From NCBI GenBank assembly GCA_051362555.1, contig CM120647.1, forward strand, positions 10,702,651-10,766,650: DNA of 64,000 nucleotides, in the 5' to 3' direction. A model generated the notes under the pieces. That model saw nothing but the letters and a program-made list of their open reading frames with translations. It did no database searches and was not told the DNA's origin. Source of the stretch: Lingula anatina. Its lineage: Eukaryota; Animalia; Brachiopoda. Position numbers and translations under genes: made by a program. Below, one piece after another: positions 41,728-53,200 of the stretch (position 1 is its first letter; the number at the start of each line of letters is the position of its first letter).

Positions 41728-42360
41728 GACTATGGGCGTATCTCTGCCAGTTTTGAAGATATAAGGGAGAGAAAAGTTGCAAAGTTCAGTTTATGTTGAA
41801 AAGTAGGTCAAAGGCCAATTTCAATATCACAGATTGCCAGTATATGACTTCCTATTCGACTTCAAAAGTAATTATGGCCCTATCTCTGCTAGTTTTTGAG
41901 ATAGAAAGGACTGAAATGTTCCAATAAACTTCAGTTCATGGTGAAAAGTAGGTCAAAGGCCAATTCCAAGAACACAGATTGCCAGTATGTGACTTCGTAT
42001 TCAACTTCAATTAATAGTGACTATAAACAATAGTCCGAAGGTTTAATAGTCCGAAGGTTCATTGGTCGGAATATTCACTATAGAACCTTCGGACCAATGA
42101 ACCCTTGATTAAAAAATCGATGAAAATGTTACCACTTTTCGGACCAATGAACCTTCGGACCAATGAACCTTCGGACTATCGAGACGCCCCGTGTGACTAT
42201 GACCTTATCTCTGCCAGTTCTTGAGATATAAGGGACTAAAATTATCTAAACTCGAGTTCATGGTGAAAAGTAGGTAAAAGGTCAATTTGAAGGTCACAGT
42301 TATATTGCCAGTGTAGGACTTCCTATTCAACATCAATAGTAATTATGGACCTATCTAAAT
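41728..42360. repeat. Degenerate ~140-bp tandem repeat (about 3 copies) with AGGTCAAAGG motif, probably part of a non-autonomous DNA element
   Basis: tatctctgc(c/t)agtt...gaaaagtaggt(c/a)aaagg...attgccagt...gacttc(c/g)tattc(g/a)ac recurs at ~41739, ~41881 and ~42206; interrupted by the insertion at 42025-42192. Confidence 0.8.
42025..42192. mobile_element. Small foldback/MITE-like insertion with 8-bp direct duplication
   Basis: GTCCGAAGGTT motifs on the left and their reverse complement AACCTTCGGAC repeated on the right; flanked by GTGACTAT at 42017-42024 and 42193-42200. Confidence 0.75.
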
Positions 42361-42527
42361 GTTACAATTTTGGAGTTACAGTAATGTGCCATAAAGAAGA
42401 AATTATTGAAAAAAGAAAAAGTCATTTTGAAATTGTTGAAATGGGAGGTGCTCAGAAGATCCAGATGTTCATATTTCATGAAATAATGTCATTTTGACCA
42501 GAAGTTGTCTGCCGCGCCAATTCTTAT

Positions 42528-42703
42528 CAGGTCCGTAGCCAGGGGGGTTCGGGGGGTTCAAAAGAACCTCCCTTTTTGCTGGAAAAACGTCCACTCTGGG
42601 TAAAATTTGACCTAGGTACATGGGGATTATATGGTAAAAGGTCCACTTTTTCAGAAAAAGACCCCCCCCCCCCCCACTTTTGAAATTGCTGGCTACGGAC
42701 CTG
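42528..42703. mobile_element. MITE with 15-bp TIRs and 5-bp TSD
   Basis: TIRs CAGGTCCGTAGCCAG / CTGGCTACGGACCTG with CTTAT on both sides; related copy at 50909-51063. Confidence 0.9.
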
Positions 42704-42949
42704 CTTATGTTATCTTTTCCAGATGTTCAAAATTTTATGCATATTACCGTATTGCACACTTTACTTTCACCACCGTAATGTACTTTTTGATACAGCGTAA
42801 CTAGTAAACTGTATGGAAAACAACAGTGTTGGGCTTGACATGCTCTATCAAATGCAAAAAACATGGGGTCTCTAGCATTAATGGTTCCCGAATAAGAGAG
42901 TTTTCTGTTTCGGCATCTAATGGCCGCTGCTCCTGTGAAAATGCACCGA

Positions 42950-43481
42950 TTGACCCCAAACTCACGGAGATGAAAGATGACCTGATGTAACACCTGCCAA
43001 TAATATTATAGGTTAGGTCTGTGTAGTTTTCTGAATTACAGTGCAAATATTTTTTTTTCGTAATAAATTCCATTTTTTTTAATTTGGCCCGTTTCACCTT
43101 GAAGTAAAGGTCAAAGGTCAAATCCAAGGGCATATTTGAAATCTCCACATATGACTTTCGGTCTGTAGAAATTTTTCCCATAATTCCTTCGAAATGGTAG
43201 ATAATTAGCATTTAATTTTGCCAATTTTGGACGAGGGTGTATTGCAATGAGTGCCACCAAACCTCAACCCCAGCACCGACGAAGCCCAAATTTTACGTGG
43301 CTCGAGTTGAGATTATACGCGACCTAAATCCAAGAGATGGGTATGCAGGCCCTTGTAGTCTAGGAGGGGAAGCGGTACAGTGACATGGCGGCAGAGCCAG
43401 ATGAGCCGAGAGAATCTGCAGGTCTGGATAAAAACCATGTGTACCGCCAGCGCCTACGCTGGTGGTACAATAACAATAACA
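42950..43481 (+). mobile_element. Probable Helentron/HINE-type non-autonomous element, 3' part; left boundary uncertain
   Basis: Terminal hairpin TGTACCGCCAGCG-CCTA-CGCTGGTGGTACA (43440-43469) followed by an AATAAC repeat; internal AAGGTCAAAGGTCA motif shared with the 41.7-42.4 kb repeat. Confidence 0.5.
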
Positions 43482-44013
43482 AGATTTTCACTAGGTTTTT
43501 ATTATTTTGTTTATTTGTACCCAAACTACAAAATTTTTGAAAGCATAAGGTTATCTCTACAGTATATCAGCAATGGTTCAAAAAGACCAAATGAATTTAG
43601 CTGTTAATCCTGGCCTTTTTATGACTGCTTTCCAAAGTCTCTGCATAGTCCATGCCTCCTTAGATGAAGTGGATGTGTGTTAATTAAGTCACTTCTTAAA
43701 TGCTTACTACAAATGGCAAAATTCCTTAGGCTAGTATTATGCAAACATTCTAAAGCTCAACATGCAAGACTTATGCTACTTTCTTTTGAATTCTCCCTCT
43801 GTTTCCCTCTGTCTTTTTTTCTATTTTGTTTTAACGGCAAGAAAAAAACATGAATACAGTATATAACAACCATCACGTATTTAACTAAGCCCTACATAAG
43901 ACCATATTTTTACTGGAGTTATCTCTGCCATTTATATATGTAGGTTATTGTATAACAAGGCAGCAAAGCTGTCAAATGTACAGACAAAGAACAGAAAATA
44001 AAGATGCAAATAA

Positions 44014-44875
44014 GTGAAAAATTAAATTTTCACAAAAAACTGTTAAATTGCCAGAAAAATTTACCAAACAGACTGCGTTGCCTATTGAAGCTGTAGTTTA
44101 GTCCCATGTTTCTTTCCTATAAGTTTGAGAACAGTAAGTGACATGATTTCCCTTAAATGGTCATCATAGGAGCAGTGCCCAAAATAGGGGTTTCTTCAAA
44201 TTTTGATACAACATTAAATAATGTTTAACAGCATAATGACAATCAAATGTTATTAATAAAATATTAGTAACATGGACATTCAGAAAATGTGATAAGCAAT
44301 ATTTCACATATTGGCATTTTCAAGGTGTGACTTTTAAAGAGCTTAGATGAAATGTAGACCTGTAGTAGATGTTTCTTTAATCTTTTGAAAACCCTTTGTC
44401 CTCAAATTTTTACACTGACCTTTATGATTTGTGCTGTGCCGTATCCCAAATTAAATGTAATATGATCATGATCATGGAAGATTAAAGAAACATCTACTAC
44501 AGGTCTATATTTCATCTAAGCTCTTTAAAGTCACACCTTGAAAATGCCAATATGTGAAAAATTAAATTTTCACAAAAAACTGTTTAACTGCCAAAAAAAA
44601 AAAAAAAAAAAAAAAAAAATAATAATAATAAAAAAATACCAAACAGACTGCATTGCCTACTGAAGCTGTATTTTAGTCCCATGTTTCTTTCCTGTAAGTT
44701 TGAGAACAGTAAGTGACATGATTTTCCTTAAATGGTCATCATGGACGCAGTGCCCAAAATAGGGGTTTCTTCAAATTTTGATGCAATATTACATAATGTT
44801 TAACAGCTTAATGACCATCAATTTTTAATTATAAAATATTAGTATCACAGATATTCAGAAAATGTGACTAGCAAA
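44014..44875. repeat. ~290-bp direct duplication enclosing an ~82-bp inverted repeat
   Basis: 44014-44300 is similar to 44554-44875; 44302-44384 is nearly the reverse complement of 44478-44559. Confidence 0.85.
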
Positions 44876-44926
44876 GGTCTTCAGGCCCATGGAACTTCAA
44901 AGTCACGCCTTGAAAATGCCAAAATG

Positions 44927-46045
44927 TAAACAAGACAGCACTGTTCTGAAATGGGTTTATTTCCATTTTTAACATAAAACAAAATAAACATTTTACTGCC
45001 ATTTTTATATGACCAACTAATAAAATTGATGAGATGGGAAAAGTATCAATAGAACAGTGTTAAATGTCCAATTTCCTCCATTCTGAGATTCTGAACATAG
45101 TGGATGATTGAATCTGACAAACTGCAATGATATGAGTTTATTTCCATTTTTGACACTTTATTACACAATACATGATAACAAGTTTACCATGTTTTTTACA
45201 TAATCAACTAACAATGTTGTAAAGATGCAGGAAATATCAAACAAACACTTTTAGGCATCTTATTAGTTAAATAATGAGACTGTTAACATGCTTAAGAATT
45301 GAATCTGAGGAAATGTGAAAAAAACAGTATAACTTCTAAAATAATGGCCCGATTATGCTGATTTTCGAAGTCAACCTGTGTTTTAGTAAGATTGACCACT
45401 CCTGTGAGTATAATTACAATTGGCCAATCCGTTTTTCTTATATTGTGTTATCAGTGTTGCATTTATATTGAAAATAGTGAAAAAACAGCATAAATTCCCT
45501 CAAAATAGCCCAATCATGCTGATTTTCGAACTTGACCTGCGTATTATGAATATTCATCAGTTCTGTAAGTTTCAAGTCAAAAGGTAAAATGGTTTTCCAC
45601 TTATCGTGTTATCGGTGCTGCATATATGCTGAAAAAAGTGAAAAAACAGCATAAATTACCTAAAAGTGACCCGATCATGCTGATTTTCGAACTTGACCTG
45701 CGTATTATGAATATTCATCAGTTCTGTAAGTTTCAAGTCAAAAGGTAAAATGGTTTTCCACTTATCATGTTATCGGTGCTGCATATATGCTGAAAAAAGT
45801 GAAAAAACAGCATAAATTACCTAAAAGTGACCCGATCATGCTGATTTTCGAACTTGACCTGCGTATTATGAATATTCATCAGTTCTGCAAGTTTCAAGTC
45901 AAAAGGTAAAATGGTTTTCCACTTATCGTGTTATCGGTAAAAGTGCACGGCGACGGCGACGGCGACAACAGCGACGACGGCGACGGCGACGACAGACGCA
46001 GATGATGGCTATATGTACAGACACATCTGTGTCTGTACATAAAAA
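44927..46045 (+). mobile_element. Helentron-associated non-autonomous element with internal 161-bp tandem repeats
   Basis: Starts near AAACAAG. Monomers at 45315, 45477, 45638 and 45799; (GACGGC)n tract at ~45947-45993; terminal palindrome TATGTACAGACAC-ATCT-GTGTCTGTACATA (46012-46041) then an A-run. Layout matches pearl/DINE-1/HINE-type elements. Confidence 0.8.
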
Positions 46046-46611
46046 GAGGAATAAATCCTGAAACGGATATATAATTTGATTCTCTAAATGTATTTTATTT
46101 TAAATGGTCTGCATAAACTGTGACTTTATAATGCACTGTGGGTTTCCTTTAATGCTCATTTTTACCAATAAGACATTTTAGCTAATATCCTCCTTTTGTC
46201 TTTTTTTTTAATTCACTTATAATTTTTTATGTCTGTGATCAACAATTGACAGGCAGTTGTGTGCATAGAATTATGAATACTGATAATTATGTGCTTGTGC
46301 ATCCAAAATTTAAATAAATATACATTATCTGTAAGTTTTTACTTGGTGTCGAAGCTACACAAATGAAAAAACTATAATAATCTTATATCCCTACTCTACA
46401 TGTTCCTTGTTAATTAACTGTAAGCATCATAACCAAAAAAAAAAAAAAAAAAACACACAGAGACCATTTCTATATCACAAAAAAATAAATATGTTATATG
46501 TAGATTTATGAAATAACTGGAATGTTTTTGCAAATTCATCAAGGGTATTCAGTAGAAGACAAACTGATCCCCAGATGAAATATGATCGACTAACTTAAAA
46601 ACAGCGCAGAC

Positions 46612-46744
46612 TAATTCCCTGCACTGATGGCCTCCCTGCCTCCACAAGTGCCGTCACTGCAGGTACCTTGCAATTTAACCTCAGAGCTGAGATTTAACCC
46701 GTTTAATGGCGCGTGTGGAGGCAGGGAGGCCATCAGAGGATTAA
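46612..46744. mobile_element. Short palindromic MITE-like element
   Basis: 23-bp perfect inverted repeat CTGATGGCCTCCCTGCCTCCACA (46624-46646 / 46714-46736); TTAA at the right end. Confidence 0.7.
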
Positions 46745-46827
46745 GCAGCATTGCTTTTAAGTGAGAAGGCCATATTAAGTTGATGGATCTGTTCTGAATG
46801 TGCTCCATCTCACACAGTGTACTCTAG

Positions 46828-46955
46828 GGACCATTCCCACAGGTATTTGGATCGATCTATCTCCCTGAGAGTCTCACTAAATTGCTATCAACTTAGTCGG
46901 CTCATATGTCTGGAGTTAGAACAATCCACATGGATCGATCTAGGTATGGGAACCA
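46828..46955. mobile_element. Degenerate MITE, same family as 52671-52925
   Basis: Shared GGGACCATTCCCA start and GATCGATCTAGGTATG(G/A)GAACC end; imperfect inverted termini. Confidence 0.6.
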
Positions 46956-47178
46956 AGTTATAGATGGAGCAGTAAGGCAAGTTTAGTTTACACTTAACAC
47001 AATCTATCTGAGCCCTATGATTGCAATATATGACAGACTAACTAAAGTTAATAGCCTTACTAACATAATCACAAGTTATAAGGTTCTCTCACAGTGTACC
47101 AGTACAAACTGTATCACTAGAATGATTGAAGGAATCTGTGTTCAAACCCTGACTCACTTCTACAGAAAAAAGACTTAA

Positions 47179-47512
47179 AGGGATAATAACTTTTCGTTTT
47201 GGCCAAAAAATGAATTTTTCTGGAGTAAACAGCAATTTTCCCATACTTACCAATGGTTAATGAATCCATTTTTACATTCAAAGTTGGTCCCTGTTTTTTT
47301 TCTAAAAAGTTTGGTTTTTTGTTAAAATCTCTTAAGAGATTATAACAGAGTATAGCCATCAATGGAGGTCACGTGATCTGAAGACAAGCTCAGATATCAG
47401 AATAATAGCTATAACTGCTGTTTTTGTCGTAAAACATATTTTATTTCTATGAGTTATTCACAATGTTTTTTTTTTGTGAAATATAGATCTCATATGAAGA
47501 GTTATTATCCCC
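47179..47512. mobile_element. MITE with TTAA target duplication, Kolobok-like (RR..YY termini)
   Basis: TTAA-AGGGATAATAACTTTTCGT ... ATGAAGAGTTATTATCCCC-TTAA; second copy at 62808-63151. Confidence 0.8.
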
Positions 47513-48090
47513 TTAATGACATCACCAATAACATATAGCTTCACCCCCTCTTTCAATTATAAATGATATGGTGACATCAGTGCATCTTTCACCAGTCTGA
47601 TGATCTTCTGTGTCAACCATAATTAAATAGAGGATTATACAATTTTCCAGTTCACTGTATACTCACTGTCCTTATCTGATGTTATTTGGATATGGTACAT
47701 AATTGAGTCTGCTAAGTTCAGAGCGGCAACCCACTTTTAAAGGGTGATATTGTCACAAATATGTCTTTACTGAAACTAGTAACACATATCACAATGATTA
47801 AATGATAAAACAAAACAATAAATGCCACTATCTATCTTTATAGTTGGCTTAGTATTACGTAATTTTTTTTTGTGAAAGATTATCAATTACAAAGTCACTC
47901 ACTTTTCACAGAAAACTGAGAGTTTCCTTTATATGTTTTGATGTTGTCCAGTGTGAAAGAATAATGTTTGATAAATGGCATATTACATATCATACCACAC
48001 CATATGACTGTACAGTAGTTACAATTATGCAACTCATTTTATATATGCACTATGATCAGGCGCATTTATTTTAGTGACTCCATTCATTAC

Positions 48091-48320
48091 TTTTTATGTA
48101 CAGATGCAGATTTGTCTGTACATATAGCCGTCACCTGCATCTACCATCACTGTCCCCATCGTTGCCTTGTACTCTCAGTGATAACCCAATAAGAGCAAAA
48201 TAGTGTTACTTTTTGTCTTCAAACTTACGAGACTGATGAATATTCATAAAATACAGGTAGAGCCATTTTTTTCAAACTTCATGCTTTTTTTTTTTTTTTT
48301 TGCTTTTTTCAGCTTATTTT
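48091..48320 (-). mobile_element. Degenerate truncated copy of the 161-bp-monomer Helentron-type element, in the 3' UTR region of the PDZ-PH gene
   Basis: tttttatgtacagatgcagatttgtctgtacatatagcc... and aaacttac..actgatgaatattcataa match the copy at 63381-64000. Confidence 0.7.
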
Positions 48321-48329
48321 TTGCCATCT

Positions 48330-48381
48330 TCAGTCTGCCTTCACCCATCTGCCTATGGAAGTCCTCAGTGCCGCAACCCAT
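48330..48381 (-). CDS. PDZPH1-like last coding exon
   Basis: TTTCAG| RWVAALRTSIGRWVKAD-stop (TGA 48330-48332). Confidence 0.85.
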
Positions 48382-50217
48382 CTGAAACCGAGGTCAGATT
48401 ATATGTAAGACGAGCATCAAATTATTGAAGTGAAAGTGAAAGTGAAAGTGATGGAAAGACGGAACAGTGAGAAAGTTTATGTGCTGTGTTGTAGATTTTT
48501 TTTCAAAATAAATATACATGTAGTTTACACGCAGACCAGAATGAGTGCAATAAACAGTTTTGAAATTTGCACCACAAGAAGCACCATTTGAGGAAATGCA
48601 AAGAAGTCATACTTTTCCCATTCAGATAGAAATCACCATTATCCCTACCTCTCCTTATCAAACGCCTTTTCAGCACAGAAATAAAATGATCTCATCCGCG
48701 TTTCTGGTGGAATAAGACCAATGGAGAACTTCTTTCCCACCTTGGGATTCTCATCAACTGTGTATCCATGGAGATGTGACACACCTGAGGAAGGAAGAAA
48801 CAGCAATGCAGATACCTCATTGGATAAAAATGAGCATCTTTGATAATGTGATTACATTGTTTTACTTGTCTCTGTCCTTTAAAAAATGCAAAATCTGAAC
48901 TATGACTGATGTTAAATGAGCAACACAGAACAACACTAGATTGGTTTCACAAAATGTAAGAAATGATGCCCATTTTTCAAGGACCTTTGCTCCGATTCAT
49001 CCTCGGACAAAGATATTCTTTTAGTTAAAACCAACTTTTGACAGTTCTTCTGTAAAAGTGAACCGTCTCTAGACCCACCCTATGACATTCCTCACCTTTG
49101 GCTGTATTAGAGGCCACATCAGTGTAGTAATACATGCAAGCATCCTTCAAGACAAAGTAACGCTTCTGCCACTTGTGTCGATTTGTGCCAAGTTTATGCA
49201 GGTAACCATGGCAATCTGGGTTTTTGATTGACAGGGCTGGGAGGTCCACATTCTGACTGCTGACATCTATCCATGTGTCCATCTAGAATAATTATAATTA
49301 AATTATTATAAATTATACTGGTAATAATCCCTAATCTGCAACATCTTTTACTCTTCATATACACCTTTTAGTTAAAACTGTTATATTTGGACTATGCATG
49401 AAAAAATGGTCAAAACATAATATTGTAACATTCTCCAGTTTAATTAAATACTAAAAATCATGATAATAAATAAATGAATGAAAAAAAAAAAGAAAAAAAT
49501 TTGATAAGAAAAATAAAATAAAATAATAAAAGGATGACAGAATGCAGAAAATGCACACAACTCTATTTGCCAGAGTTAACTATCTGGAACATGAAAACAA
49601 AAATTCGTCATATTGTCTGTAAATTTATATTTAAAGTGACTATGTTGTCACAATGTGTAAGTTGTGGCATTCTAGACTGATACAATGTGTTAGTTGTGAT
49701 ATTCTGTCAGCTGTCACAAAATCACTGATACAATATTGTGTAAGCTGTCACAATATCATTTCGACATAACAAGCATTCTTTACAAAATAATGTAAAATTA
49801 TCGCCATGTTGGACAGTATAAGCTTACCTTATTAGAAGTTTGAGCAGCCTGATTCAGAGCATCTGCCCATCTAAAAACAACACCAAACATGAAACATAGC
49901 ATCAACAAACATGCACCAAAGCAACTCAACAGTCATGCAAGCTGAGTAGGCTGCTACTTCACAATGACAATTCTTTAAGCAAATCTGAACAGATAATGAA
50001 AATAATGGATTCGGGATATTTCGGAATCAAAGAAGGGGTGAGGTTGGTGGATGATGCATGGATGATGATGGGGGAGGGGCTTAAATTCATTCTTAAAAGT
50101 TCAGAGAAGCTTCTGTTATAAAAAATAATTAACTCAACATAAATATAAATACAACCCAATTAAATCAACAACAACACATCAAAATGACTATGTAATCAGG
50201 ATAAAGACTGTAACATC

Positions 50218-50265
<48 letters not shown>

Positions 50266-53200
50266 TTGCGTCCAGGCATATCACTGAAAAAATTATTTAA
50301 TGACTGAAAGTGTCACACCAATCTTATGTAATTAACAATAAAATATTTCATATATATGTGATTTAATTTATGATACAAATTAGCATACCCTTTGTGTCAA
50401 GTTTGTGAGCATATTATTAAAATGATCTAATTTATATATTTTTCTTTTACATCCAACAATGTAATTTTGCATTACTGATAAGTAAATGTTAATTTGTTTT
50501 ATTAATACAAATTTGATTATTTTATGCAAGTTTTCATGGTCCAGGAACCAAGTGGCATGCCTGCACAAATTTCTAACAAAAACACTACCCATCCTTCCAC
50601 TGGGAATCAACCCCTAAAAGTTTAAAATCAACAATGACACATTTTAAAAAACATCAAATCAACATGATTAAGCACGACAATTATACAGTAAGTTAAAATG
50701 GATAAAAACTCAGGCTGTGTTAAGATCTGGAATAACTTAAACTGCACATAAAAGTGCTGAATACATCACAAGATGACTAGACTACACAGACAGATCCTGC
50801 ATGTGTTAAGATTTAAAACCATCCACATTTAGCAATACTGGGCCTAAAGGTGTTTCATACCCCAGAAAGAGAAACTCTCCTTTGAGCAATAAACACAAGG
50901 CCTAAATGCAGGCCTGTAGCCAGGAGGTCCAGGGGGTTCCAATGGCCCACAATTTTTGTAGGAAAAAGGTCCACTCTGGGTAAAATTGCATGAAGATTGC
51001 ATGGTAAATGTCCACTTTTTCAGAAGAAGAACCCCTCATTTAAAATTGCTGGCTACAGGCCTGAGATGTAACACAGTCACTTTGTGATGTCAGATAGTAT
51101 TCCAGAGTAAATGAATCCAGAGCCAAGAGTTAGCTGATCAACAAAATGATAATAAATAATAAATGGCAAAGTTGAACGTTATTCACTCTGGCTTTTTCAT
51201 ATTGCTATGAGCATGTACATCTGGTGACATCTAGTGGTGAGTGGCTGTCATAGCACCTCAGACTGCAGTCATAGTAGAAATCATACAGCAACAGTTAATA
51301 TAACAGAAACCAGAGTTTACAAAGTGTAACCTTGTCATCTATATATAAGAAGTATACCTAGAATAACTAGGACAAAAATTAACAACACACTTATGTTATT
51401 GTAATAGCCCAGACCAGTAACATCCATAACAGACCTGGACATCTCCTCCTCACTCTGAGCCACAAAGTAGTAAGTTCTGGACCCATATTTAAGAGCTTTG
51501 AATGCATGCCGTTTGTGTATATCGGTTGCCTTGGTGATGGTATAGTTGCTAAGCAATATGGCACCCAATGGATCTTTTTCCTGGATTGTAAAAAGACATG
51601 GCTGTGTTTGGATATGTCAGAATGTGTTTGGGACAAAAGAGAACTTGTTTGACTACTATAAGCTTACTGTGCAAAAATGGCATGTTGGCAATTACACACT
51701 GGCTAATTAGTCAATGATTTTGTTTCCATTGGCCAGAAAGGCCAACTTGTATCGTTTGGCTGATTCATTATTTCAGCATCAACAATGCATGCTCTACCAT
51801 GAGAAAATTTGCTAATGATGAAACCCTGCATCACGCAATTGAACTTTACAGATGGTAGACAGTGTGGTATGTGAAGAAAAAAAGTTTTACATATTTCACA
51901 ACTGTCACAACAAATTATCGAAGGAACACAATGAGCAACCATCTTACCTTCTCAGTCTTATAATAATACAGGCAGTTATCTTGTTTGAGGACAAACCAGC
52001 GCTTCTTCCAGGACTTGATGTAGTTAGAGCTCTGTTTAAGCAGGTAGCCAGTAAGCATGGGGACCTTGGAGTCTCTACTGCCAACGTGATAAGGCAGATT
52101 GTTATTGGAAGCAGAGGTGATCTCCAGGTCCACACTGTCTGAATCTAGGCCAGAAATAACAAGTTAGACAGAAAGACTGTTGGATGTACATATATATAAT
52201 GTGAGAAATTCAGCATTTTATTTACACTCTTTTAAAAAATTCATTTTATCAGAGAGAGTTATTTAAATAAGTTAATATGCAACATCATTTTAGAGAACAA
52301 TGAAACTTTCAGTATTTTTATTAACGTTTTTGAATAATAAAAAAAAAAAATAATAATAATATCATTATTGTAGAAATAGAAAAAAAAAAAAAGAACAGAA
52401 ATAATTTGTTTCGAGGCAAAAAAAAAAAAAAAACATACATCAGAAATGAAACTTGATAAATTTTCTGCTACTTACTGCTTTGTAAAAGCTGTAAACATTC
52501 ACTGTGTGTGCAAGCCATGATATCCACCCCATTAATACAAGTTATAAGATCCCCAACCTCCAATCCTGCAGCCTCTGCAGCTCCACCTGGTATAAAAAAA
52601 AATTAAAGATCTTTAACCAGAGAAATATTCAAGTGATATATTTGCTTGGCACTGATCCAAACAAATGTAAGGGACCATTCCCAGACCCTACCTTACTAAC
52701 TTTGGATTGATCTATCTCCAAGGGGATTCTGGCTAAATTGCAATCAACTTCAACAGCTTAGATGTCTGTCATGTCTACTGAAGCAGGTAGGGGGTAATTA
52801 ATTATCATTTAGCAGTTTCAGTAGGCATGCCAGATATCTAAGCCGCTTAAGCTGAAAGCAATTTAGTGAGAAACCACTTGGAGATGGATCGATCCTGTTA
52901 GATCGATCTAGGTATGAGAACCCAGTCTTACAGATAATTTTCTCTTGAGTTCTTCAGAAAGTCTTGCAGAAATTTTTTCACATTCAAGTTATAGCTCATG
53001 CAATGGTGAGTGAAGCTAGAGTTTAGATATTCCATACAGTGCTAGTTTTGGCAGATGAACGTGTTAGTTGTGACAATGAGATCATTTGCTTTGACAGAGG
53101 GTGTCAGATGTGACAGTGAGGGTGTTATTTGTGACAGTGAATGTGTTGGTTGTGACAGTAGTGAGTTGTGACAGTGAATGTGTTAGGTGTGAAAGAGTGA

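Larger units (their letters stand above)
1..41730. repeat. Tandem array (macrosatellite) of a ~1.4-kb unit, 33 copies visible, continuing beyond the left edge
   Basis: The same marker ORF end recurs at 127, 1537, 2947, 4350, 5753, 7153, 8026 ... 41287. Spacings are 1400-1410 bp, plus 873 bp once and 862-863 bp six times. Full-length units differ mainly in an A-rich tract at unit position ~757-780. The last unit breaks off at 41730. Confidence 0.99.

Noticed and set aside
127-41764. The many 60-156-aa ORFs repeated in each array unit
   Set aside because: They overlap in several frames and on both strands, have no recognisable domains, and are fused or broken freely by A-tract slippage and deletions.
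42727-43607. ORFs of 75-136 aa right of the array, and others at 46611, 47117, 59368 and 63480
   Set aside because: They lie within repeats or microsatellites, with no domain or splice support.
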